Below are positions 37,212-45,311 of a stretch of 64,000 bases of DNA, in pieces. How positions within the stretch are numbered: position 1 is the stretch's first letter; every line of letters begins with the position of its first letter. The translations under genes were made by a program, and so were the position numbers. Source of the stretch: Rhodothermales bacterium (GTDB taxonomy: Bacteria > Bacteroidota > Rhodothermia > Rhodothermales > UBA10348); NCBI GenBank assembly GCA_017643395.1, contig JAEPNP010000001.1:267806-331805 (forward strand). The letters run 5' to 3'. The notes beneath the pieces are model-generated. The model did no database searches. It was not told the origin of the DNA and saw nothing but the letters and a program-made list of their open reading frames with translations.

Positions 37212-38906
37212 CTAGGCGTCCTCAAGCCCTTCAAATGGGTCCGAGTCGGCTGCAGGCGATCTAGGTGCGACCTCTGAAGGTCTGGTGGCCCAAGCAGGGA
37301 ACGGAAACCCGATGACGAGCGGGATTGGAAGTTCGGGCTGCGATAGAATCATCGTTCCCGGTTTGGCAATCGTGGCTCGCTGACGATGTGTGGGCGGAAG
37401 AAACCCGTATTCGCTGCGCTGGGCCTCCGCGCTATCCAGGCGGCCTACTACCCTTATTGCAGAGTTGGCGATTACCCGACGTTCGACTTCACTTGCAGTT
37501 TGCTGCGCTCCTAGCAGGATTATTCCTAAGGAGCGCCCCCGTTCTGCGACGTCAAGAAGAATCTCCTTGATCGGACTCGAGCCCTCTCGAGGAGCGTACT
37601 TGTTCAGCTCATCGAGCACTACGAACAGTAGGGGCCGGGCTTGACCTGTCCGTTCCTTCTCCTCAAAGGCGCGTTGTAGAGTTACCCCGACGACAAAGCG
37701 CTTTGCTCGATCGTGAAGGTTGTGAATATCGATCACGGTTACCTGCGATTGTCGCTCGATACGGTGGTTCTCGGGGTGGGGTATGTCGCCGCGAATGAGA
37801 TGCCCGATATGCCTTCGCGCTGAATGGAGACGGCGAATGAAGGCATTAATTGTTCCTTGACCGATGGACTGACCGGCCCAAGTCTGCCGGGTATTGTCAT
37901 CCTCCAGACGCTGATGTATAAACTCAATCAATTGGTCGAAGGTGCGGAATTCGCGGCCATCGATAGATACTCCACCGCCTACCTGGGGATTGGCCCTTTC
38001 TCGAAGCTGCGCAGCGACGTTGTGGACTACAATTGTGTACTGCTGACGGTCATCCCCCGCGTCGGCGAAAAGGAAGGGGAGCAACTGGTCTTCACAGAAC
38101 GCTGATAGCGTCCAAAAGAAGGAACCGATTTCTTTGTCCCGACTGCTGACGTCAGGAGCAGCATCGGGATGTCCGGGCCGAGGTGGCGCCCAAAACTCCA
38201 CGCTCCCGAAGGCTCCCGGCATCAACCCGATTTCGCTGTACCGGGCCTCCTCATTGGCATCCAGTCTTGAGTTCGGCTGATCAAGGAACAGCAAATCCTC
38301 CCCCTTCACATTGAAGATAATAGCCTTCGAATTCATGGCCTCAGCCCCCAGCGCGTCATTGAAGAGGCTGTAAAGGAGAAAGGTGGCGTAGGTTGTCTTC
38401 GTGGCGACACCGGAAACGCCGCTAATGTTGACATGCGCCCCCCGGCGCCCATCCAGAAACTCGAGGTTTACGAATACTGGCTGGCCGTCTCGGGAAGATC
38501 CAGCGATGAGGCGCTCCTCCATCCCATCGAAGAACAGCGCCTGATCACGGTCGTCACCCACAGCAAGTCGTACCGCTTCACCCGGTCGCGGTGGAACAAA
38601 CAGCTCCGGCTCGATGCGAGTGGTGAGGACCTCCGCAACCTCGGTCACCTCGGCCGGAAGCACGCCCTCCTCGATCAGATAGACGTCACTATCAAAGCGC
38701 GCACCCTCGTGCCGAGCGATGACCTGGGTGACGATGCCATATAGACTTACGGGTTCGGCCTCTCCGGGGAGGTGCCTCTCAAGTGCGACGACGTCGTCTA
38801 GCTGCAGGTACTTGTCCTTCGGCAAGGCAACCCAAAATGAGAGTGGACTTGCGTCCTCTGTGCCAAGGACTCGCGCGCGAATGTCGGTGGTCGATTCGTT
38901 GGTCAA
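37212..38906 (-). CDS. HerA-like (DUF87/FtsK-HerA superfamily) ATPase
   Basis: N-terminal HAS-barrel-like region. Atypical P-loop ISGVSGVATKTT. Walker B LLFVVLDELNKYAP. Arginine-finger region GAQQTASEV. 12 nt upstream of the mre11-like gene. Confidence 0.8.
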   Translation of the reverse strand: MTNESTTDIRARVLGTEDASPLSFWVALPKDKYLQLDDVVALERHLPGEAEPVSLYGIVTQVIARHEGARFDSDVYLIEEGVLPAEVTEVAEVLTTRIEPELFVPPRPGEAVRLAVGDDRDQALFFDGMEERLIAGSSRDGQPVFVNLEFLDGRRGAHVNISGVSGVATKTTYATFLLYSLFNDALGAEAMNSKAIIFNVKGEDLLFLDQPNSRLDANEEARYSEIGLMPGAFGSVEFWAPPRPGHPDAAPDVSSRDKEIGSFFWTLSAFCEDQLLPFLFADAGDDRQQYTIVVHNVAAQLRERANPQVGGGVSIDGREFRTFDQLIEFIHQRLEDDNTRQTWAGQSIGQGTINAFIRRLHSARRHIGHLIRGDIPHPENHRIERQSQVTVIDIHNLHDRAKRFVVGVTLQRAFEEKERTGQARPLLFVVLDELNKYAPREGSSPIKEILLDVAERGRSLGIILLGAQQTASEVERRVIANSAIRVVGRLDSAEAQRSEYGFLPPTHRQRATIAKPGTMILSQPELPIPLVIGFPFPAWATRPSEVAPRSPAADSDPFEGLEDA

Positions 38907-38966
38907 CTTCTCAGGTTCGTCTCGTTCTTAAAGGATCACGTCGCTTGCGGACTGCTGCATAGCCTG

Positions 38967-39599
38967 CTATCTGCCCGTACCGCAGCCGTCCAGATACTCC
39001 CGAATTTGGTGCTCGACCGACTGCAGCTGCATGCCCTCTAGACCATTGAGCAAATCGTGTAGCATTGAGGCAAGACCCTCGGCGCCCGTACTCAGCTTGG
39101 TACGTCGCCAGACTTTCTCGACTTGAACTGCCGCGTACTCGCGGGTGAGCGTATGCTCGTGCTCGTTGGACCGGTTCTGCAGGCGCAGAGCTCTCGACCA
39201 ACAAACAATGGAGAGGACATGATAGACGACCGCCTCTTTCGCCCTTCCTTCGCGCTGGAGGTGCAGTCTCATCTTATCGTAGATCTGATACGAGTCCATC
39301 AGAATCATGTCTTTCGACCTCATTTGACCCGGGTATCCGCTTGATAGCAGCTCCTGGTATTCCGCCCAGGCCTCCTCAGCCCTTCCGTCCAACTGAAGCA
39401 GCATGGGGACCCTCAGAAAGTGCTTAACCGAATACTGCGTGGAAGTGCGCTCCATCAGACTGTGTGCCTCGCGTAGAGCCGCGATAGCCCTACCATACTG
39501 CTTGGCCTTTTTTAGCTGCGTTGCGGCCTTGCCCAAATCGTAGATCTGGTCTTCCACCGGGGCTTGGTGCCGTTTCTTAAAGAGATCAGAAAGTCCCAT
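38967..39599 (-). CDS. Hypothetical all-helical (TPR-like) protein
   Basis: 210 aa, predicted helical, with repeated GRA..A...Y/L hairpin-like segments. No catalytic motif recognised. Lies between the Gabija-like pair and the herA cassette. Confidence 0.5.
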   Translation of the reverse strand: MGLSDLFKKRHQAPVEDQIYDLGKAATQLKKAKQYGRAIAALREAHSLMERTSTQYSVKHFLRVPMLLQLDGRAEEAWAEYQELLSSGYPGQMRSKDMILMDSYQIYDKMRLHLQREGRAKEAVVYHVLSIVCWSRALRLQNRSNEHEHTLTREYAAVQVEKVWRRTKLSTGAEGLASMLHDLLNGLEGMQLQSVEHQIREYLDGCGTGR

Positions 39600-39766
39600 A
39601 GCTAGAATCCTTACCTGTGGCTCAGTCTAATGTGACATAGGCCTGAAGCGTATCCAACAAGCCGCCTCTATTTAGTAAAGGGTCGCCAAGCGCCTATGTC
39701 GCGGGGCATTGAGTTGCGCAGCGCTGTTTTTGCTCGACGCAGAATGCAGCGAGGCGGCTAGTCTGA

Positions 39767-41815
39767 TCAAGCGCACCAGGAAGACACCCCGTTCTTGATC
39801 TCCCCAACCGACCAGCCGCGCTGCCTCAAGCTTGCCACCCGGAGACTCATCGCCTCATCATCCCCCAAAGCATCTCGGGGAACGGCAAGACAGACAAGGT
39901 GACTGGGACGAGTCATTGCAACATAGGTCAGTTGCAGGCGAGCCCGATCTTGTACACCTGCGCCGGCCAAGTTCACCTTTTCGCCGAGTAACCACGGCAA
40001 CATCCTTTTCGCTGAATGGCCGTTGCGATAGGTGTTCAAGAGTAAGGTAGCCAGATGGGTCTGGCCCTTTACCGAGTGCACCGATCCGAGGCGTATGTCG
40101 ACGCTTCGTCCTGTGGCATTCTCCACGCGGTAAACGTTCGGACCCAGATCCCCTGGCACCGCTCCAGCCAGGGACGCGAGCAACGGATCGGGTGGGTCCG
40201 AATTGAGGAAATGGTCGTTTGGCTCAGGCGCCGCACCAGAAGCGTCGAGAGCAGCCGCCACTTGCAGTATGTCAGCCTGCCTCTGAGCCCACGATGCGAT
40301 CGTCGGAGCCTCCAAATCGAGGAGATATGTCTTTAGTAGGCGGCGGTACGCGGAAGCCGCGGCATCGTTGTCGGCAAGCGCATCGACAATCGATCGGTGA
40401 CTCGGCACTCGCCGCCCAAGAGATGTGGCCCCACCGCGGCGTCGCGCCAACCGAACAAGACCCGCTGCAAGTTTTTGGACTGCAGAGGCAAGGTCTCCCC
40501 TATCCCGCACGGAGGCTTGCGCCACCCGGACATATTGTAGAAGCGTTCCGGGATGCGGATCGCTGCGCCCTACCTCGGCCTTGTAGCCGCTCCAGTAGTG
40601 GGAAACGGTCTTCGGGAAATGGGGGTGGTCAACGGTCACGTCGCTCGCGTCTTTATGGACGGCGCCGACGGCAACGACGTCACCCTCGGCGAGCGCTTCG
40701 TTTTCAAACGAGGAGAGCACGTGAAGGCCGTAGGCATTCAGGACTCCCTTGGCCTCGGGCGGATCAAATACAAATATTGCGTTCTGGCAACTGTGTGGTG
40801 CCCCTCTCACTGCTCGCGGGCCGACTCCCTCGAGGCCCCCTGGGCCTACTGCATGGACCGCAAAGGGGGATGCGAGCTTCGCGATCTCCGGTCCAAAGCG
40901 GAAGGTCTTAGAAATCTCCAGGTGCGTTGAAGAAGCTGGAAACCCACCAAGAGATTCAGTTTTGGCTCTGGAATCGTCGAAAATGCTCTGATTCGGATCA
41001 CCGACCCGCTGCAGGGCGACAGCGGAGTTTGCTCTCGGAAACACAGCCTCTACAATGCCCATTTGGAGAGCTGAGGTGTCCTGCACTTCGTCCACCATGA
41101 CCAGCGGAAACCGGCTCTGTAGCCAGGTTGAGACGCTTGGGCAATCCTCAAGCAGCGCCTTGGCCCAGACAAACATCTCGTCATAGCAGAAGTATCCTGC
41201 TTCGGACGACTTTCCTACGGCCTTCTTGGCGATTTCGTAGGTCGCAGTGCCTGGTTTAGACGGAAAGTCTCCATTGACAAGTTTGACTTGGAGCTCGCGA
41301 TCCTTTAGACGCACGCTCTCGAACTCGCGATGAGACCTCCTTAGGTAGGAGCTGACCATCTCGTATTCCCAGATGCTAATCGAACGGCGCCGGTACAAAT
41401 TGGTCGCGTCATCATCGACGGTCGCCGCGGGATAGCCATTCGAGTTCAGCCACGGAAGTGCAAGAAACCGGTTTACAAATCCATGGATTGTATCAATAAA
41501 GTGTGGGTGGGATAGCAGCTGCTGCCCGACTACCGTCCCCCGCAAACGCAACTGGATTTCCTCACGCGCTGCGTTCGTATGGGACAGGACGCAGATGCCC
41601 TTCGTTCGGTGTGGCCACTTCCGGGCAAGGATTGCCAGCTTTGCGACGATTAGCGTCGTCTTCCCGCTCCCCGGACATGCAGACAGGTCGATCGTCTGCC
41701 GTGCCCGCAGGAACTCCCGACGGGACTCGTCGAAGCCGTGTAGGCCCATCACGCGACAGACCCATGCGACATCCTCCTCGTCAACCCTTGGGACAAGGGA
41801 CCCAGGATTAGTCAT
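39767..41815 (-). CDS. gajB: UvrD/Rep-like SF1 helicase (GajB-like)
   Basis: Motif I CPGSGKTT, motif II VMVDEVQDT, motif III VGDPNQSIF, motif V/VI SVHSVKGQT and YVAMTRPSHLV. The ATG at 41815 overlaps the upstream stop by 8 nt (ATGACTAA). Confidence 0.82.
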   Translation of the reverse strand: MTNPGSLVPRVDEEDVAWVCRVMGLHGFDESRREFLRARQTIDLSACPGSGKTTLIVAKLAILARKWPHRTKGICVLSHTNAAREEIQLRLRGTVVGQQLLSHPHFIDTIHGFVNRFLALPWLNSNGYPAATVDDDATNLYRRRSISIWEYEMVSSYLRRSHREFESVRLKDRELQVKLVNGDFPSKPGTATYEIAKKAVGKSSEAGYFCYDEMFVWAKALLEDCPSVSTWLQSRFPLVMVDEVQDTSALQMGIVEAVFPRANSAVALQRVGDPNQSIFDDSRAKTESLGGFPASSTHLEISKTFRFGPEIAKLASPFAVHAVGPGGLEGVGPRAVRGAPHSCQNAIFVFDPPEAKGVLNAYGLHVLSSFENEALAEGDVVAVGAVHKDASDVTVDHPHFPKTVSHYWSGYKAEVGRSDPHPGTLLQYVRVAQASVRDRGDLASAVQKLAAGLVRLARRRGGATSLGRRVPSHRSIVDALADNDAAASAYRRLLKTYLLDLEAPTIASWAQRQADILQVAAALDASGAAPEPNDHFLNSDPPDPLLASLAGAVPGDLGPNVYRVENATGRSVDIRLGSVHSVKGQTHLATLLLNTYRNGHSAKRMLPWLLGEKVNLAGAGVQDRARLQLTYVAMTRPSHLVCLAVPRDALGDDEAMSLRVASLRQRGWSVGEIKNGVSSWCA

Positions 41816-43850
41816 TTGCGTCCACCTCAGGCTTCTCCTGGTCGATGGGCGCACTAGGTGCGACATCTCCTGTAGCGTAAGCTATGGCATCGACCACGTA
41901 GCGCGGCAACTTTCCAGCAAATGCCTGGCGATCGAAGTCGTCGCCTTCTCCTTGGGCAGAGAGAGCGTTGGCTAGATATTGAGCGGCGATTGCTTTGGAT
42001 GCGCCACCCGAGGTGAAGAGCCGATAAACGTGGGTGCAAAGCACCTCATCATTGCCTTTCGACTTCGCCTGGAGTTCTCCGAAGCTGGTTGTCGCGGCTG
42101 CTTGGACATCATCTACGGACTTCGTCCCGCCCGTGATCAAGCCGTCTTTCTGCGCTAGTTTGGCAGCAACGTAGACATCCTCGGCCAACCCGCAATATGC
42201 AAGGTCGTACTCGAGCGTCCAGAAGTCCGCAACGAACGTACGGACCGACTGGCCATCGGAGGCTCGGATGCTTTCGCGCCACTCGGCGAGCGCTTGATCT
42301 TTAGACTTGTCCTCGTCGCCAAAGTCGCGCATTGCCTTCCAGCGACGCTTTGGACTTGTCCAGACATCGTCTGTCTCGTCAGCAACCAGGCCAAGAATTA
42401 CAGGCGCGCAGTCAGGCATGACGTCCATGTCCGCTAGGCAGGCGACAGGGACGGAGATATGCGGCACTGACCCATCAGCCCGCTGAAAAATCCTGCTGAA
42501 CCGCCTAAGCCCGGTTCCGCCGACATTGACTATGGAAACTCCGTGCTCTGTGAGGTCTGTTCCCAAGAGCCGGGCAATCGTCGGAAGCAATAAAGCCTCT
42601 GCGTCTCCTTCGACGATGATGACCCCGTGCGCAAACAAGAGGTTCGCCTTTGTCACGTCCAGAAACCGTTCAAGGAAGCGATAGTCGCTGGCGTCGAGCC
42701 GGGTCTGGCCTTCTGCGAGCGAGTAGGCACGCGCGCCCTCTAGCACGACGAGGTTCTTGAGCGGTATCGTCGATGCAAGGTTTGGACTGTGGGTCGAAAG
42801 GACGACCTGAACCTTCCGCGGGGACTCGCTGACCTCGCCACCTGCCGCTTTCGCGAGGAAGTCCATCAACCGGAGTTGACGCTGGGGATGAAGGTGTGCC
42901 TCGGGTTCTTCGATGAGCAATAGAGGTAGACCATCGGGTTCCCGTCCCAGAAGGAGCAACTCGCAGGCCATGTACAGAATGTTGTTCGAGCCAAGACCGT
43001 AATGACCACGTGCGCTCAGTGTTGACGCGTCAAATAGGCCGATCTCAAGTCGCTCCAAGATTCTCCGGAGACGTATCTGGTCGCTCCCCTCTTCAATGAA
43101 ATCAATCCGGCCCTTCAGGCGATCTCCTCTCAAAAAGAGGGAGGAGAGGTACATCGTGTTGATCGCGTCCTGGGCTCCACTTACCCCTTGATGAGTGTTC
43201 ACGCTGTGTCGGAGATAGTCAGCCAGCCCAAGGAGGCTCAGCTTGCCCACGGTGTCCGGATCGGCCGGGAGAAGCTGCTCGTCGAAGGCCTCACCTTCAC
43301 TTATTCCGGGTACGTTCGCAAGTATCTGGGACAGCCTTGAGCCACGGCCCGACGACATCTCTCGCGCAGCGTCGCGAAGCGGCCGGAGATACGCGCTAGA
43401 AAGCTGTTCCCGCACAGATTGCTCGAAGGCGGGCCCCGTGCCATCGACGCCACTGCGAACCGATACGTCAACCCACCTACGGGCGCCCGGGGAATTGCTC
43501 CGCCTACGCGCGGACCAGTTGACGAGAAGACAGACTTCGCCGCTTTCGTACGTCAGATACTCAACGAGTGCACCCTTCTCCTCATCGTCGAGACCGCTTA
43601 AGCGACACTGAATCGATATGTCGCCCGCCTGCTCGCCGAGCTCATTAATGTGAAAGTCCTCGGGCTGGACACGGATATAGCTCGCGTCACGCGTTAGGAG
43701 CGCATAACGAATGGCGTCGATCACTGCAGACTTGCCACAATCGTTGCGCCCGACCAGCGCGGTCACCCCATTACTAAGTGATAGTTCGAGCCTTTGATCA
43801 CCCTCGCCGAACTGACGAAAGTTGCGCAGCCTTACTCGTGACAGGTACAT
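41808..43850 (-). CDS. gajA: OLD-family ATP-dependent endonuclease (ABC-type ATPase + Toprim; GajA-like)
   Basis: N-terminal RLRNFRQF and Walker A GRNDCGKSAV. Walker B/D-loop LLLIEEPEAHLHP. Toprim motifs IIVEGDAEALLLP and ADMDVMPD, plus WTLEYDL. Confidence 0.86.
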   Translation of the reverse strand: MYLSRVRLRNFRQFGEGDQRLELSLSNGVTALVGRNDCGKSAVIDAIRYALLTRDASYIRVQPEDFHINELGEQAGDISIQCRLSGLDDEEKGALVEYLTYESGEVCLLVNWSARRRSNSPGARRWVDVSVRSGVDGTGPAFEQSVREQLSSAYLRPLRDAAREMSSGRGSRLSQILANVPGISEGEAFDEQLLPADPDTVGKLSLLGLADYLRHSVNTHQGVSGAQDAINTMYLSSLFLRGDRLKGRIDFIEEGSDQIRLRRILERLEIGLFDASTLSARGHYGLGSNNILYMACELLLLGREPDGLPLLLIEEPEAHLHPQRQLRLMDFLAKAAGGEVSESPRKVQVVLSTHSPNLASTIPLKNLVVLEGARAYSLAEGQTRLDASDYRFLERFLDVTKANLLFAHGVIIVEGDAEALLLPTIARLLGTDLTEHGVSIVNVGGTGLRRFSRIFQRADGSVPHISVPVACLADMDVMPDCAPVILGLVADETDDVWTSPKRRWKAMRDFGDEDKSKDQALAEWRESIRASDGQSVRTFVADFWTLEYDLAYCGLAEDVYVAAKLAQKDGLITGGTKSVDDVQAAATTSFGELQAKSKGNDEVLCTHVYRLFTSGGASKAIAAQYLANALSAQGEGDDFDRQAFAGKLPRYVVDAIAYATGDVAPSAPIDQEKPEVDAND

Positions 43851-44280
43851 GCCAATCTGTTAGCCTTCTGTGAGCACTCGTATGGGGATGGAACGATCAT
43901 ATCGCAAGCATCCTGTGTAAACGCTGCATCGCCGTCGAATAAAGTCCCCGTCCTCGGTCTCCGACGAGCCCTTCGAAAGCTCTACGTAGCGTCTTGATGT
44001 GCGGACGAAGCCGCCAAGGCAGCGTACATCCCACGCTTGGGGGTGGTCAATGGCAGTTAGACACTATTCTGAACCGGCCGGAGCGCAGCCGACTCGATTG
44101 AGGTTCGGCGATAGGAAAGAGATGTCCCAGCCATCCGCCATTCACATCGTTACTTGAAATGGCGGTGTCTCGGCCTCAAAGATGAGTTAATCCGGCAGTC
44201 TTGCTTCGCGTAAACGTTGTCAGGCCGCGGGTGCGCCAGTCCCAGCCAGAGAGCCACTGGCCATGCACACCCCCCACCCC

Positions 44281-44320
44281 AAAGAAAACGCCGCGACCCC
44301 AATCCTCTGGAGCCGCGGCG
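44281..44320 (-). terminator. Probable tmRNA terminator
   Basis: On the minus strand: 7-bp GC stem cgccgcg/cgcggcg (44314-44320 / 44289-44295) with an 18-nt loop, followed by TTTTCTTT (44288-44281), about 43 nt after the tmRNA 3' end. Confidence 0.45.
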
Positions 44321-44362
44321 CTAAACCGTTCTTTGCTTCATCCGCTAACAGCGGAGATCGCT

Positions 44363-44729
44363 TGGAGATGGCGGGAGTCGAACCCGCGTCCGAATGGATG
44401 CCCAGTCAGACATCTACGCTCATAGTCGACCTATTGGAGTTCTCGCCCGCGGGCCATTGCCAGTCGACAAGGCGACCCGAAGGCACAGTCTGATAGAGTT
44501 TCGCGCCTCAGTACTCAGACGGCGTCTGAGGCGCTAGACCATTAAGCATGATGCCTCATGACCCACCAATGGTCAGGTGAGCTAGAGACAGATAGCGGGA
44601 CTAAGCCGCCATCGCGTACGAGTAATCGTTCGCAGTTGCAGTGTTCATGGGATTATTAACGAGCATCACCATGAATGGCTCGAAGCGCAGCCTGCTACAC
44701 ATTCCACCCGTCGAAACCGTGACATCCCC
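44363..44729 (-). ncRNA. ssrA: tmRNA (SsrA)
   Basis: The 5' end GGGGAUG pairs with the 3' CAUCUCC plus discriminator A (G3:U wobble). T-arm GCGGG-UUCGACU-CCCGC. Internal tag reading frame GCG AAC GAU UAC UCG UAC GCG AUG GCG GCU UAG = ANDYSYAMAA* (44601-44633). CCA is not encoded. Confidence 0.92.
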
Positions 44730-44798
44730 GAGAAAGAACAGGAGGCGTGAGCCTCTACCATGAGTACGGTATCGACCCTGCCGGTGTTTCGGAAAGCC

Positions 44799-45245
44799 CT
44801 ACCGAGCCCCCGCCAGTCGGTCCCGCTGCTGGGCCGTGCCCATGTACGTCAGCCCCTCGGCCTCGAGCGCATCGGACAGATCCCCGACCACCGCTCGCGC
44901 CCACCCTTTCCGCACATACGGCACCTTGCGCCGCGTACCCTGAAAGAACTTGCGATAGGGATTGACGAACACCCGGACGTGGTCGCCGGCCATGGGCACC
45001 ACCTCTAGTTCGATCTCCACCGAATACAGCCCCCAGGATCTGAAGCTCCGGGGCTCCGTGGCAATCGCGTTGGCGGTCACGGCAGGTACGGTGGTCCATC
45101 CGGCTTCCCCGAGCGCACGGTCGATGCGGGCAAAGACATCATCGCCGGTAGGAGTGTCATCCTCAAAGTCCCGATACAACGGACTCAGGGACGGCGCGCA
45201 GCCGGCCAGAATCACCAGGGCCAACAGGGTTAGCAGGTACCTCAT
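44799..45245 (-). CDS. Hypothetical lipoprotein
   Basis: Lipobox ILAGC. 148 aa. High third-position GC. Confidence 0.55.
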   Translation of the reverse strand: MRYLLTLLALVILAGCAPSLSPLYRDFEDDTPTGDDVFARIDRALGEAGWTTVPAVTANAIATEPRSFRSWGLYSVEIELEVVPMAGDHVRVFVNPYRKFFQGTRRKVPYVRKGWARAVVGDLSDALEAEGLTYMGTAQQRDRLAGAR

Positions 45246-45311
45246 GGCAAGAAGATCGGGACCGACCCAACGCCAAACCCGCCAACCGTGCCCAGCGGGC
45301 GTGCCGGCCCG

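Larger units (their letters stand above)
32451..44280. other. Putative horizontally acquired defence island abutting ssrA
   Basis: Seven co-directional minus-strand genes. Hand-counted GC of sample 60-nt lines is 27/60 (38281), 32/60 (42481) and 33/60 (33001), against 38/60 (48181) and 40/60 (52381) in flanking core genes. It lies directly downstream of the tmRNA 3' end and terminator. No integrase or att repeat was seen. Confidence 0.6.

Noticed and set aside
43851-44362. Possible degraded integrase or small regulator between gajA and ssrA; also track ORFs 44201..44425 and 44263..44493
   Set aside because: Minus-strand translations gave only short peptides with no recombinase motifs. The two plus-strand track ORFs overlap the tmRNA gene and its terminator and are spurious.
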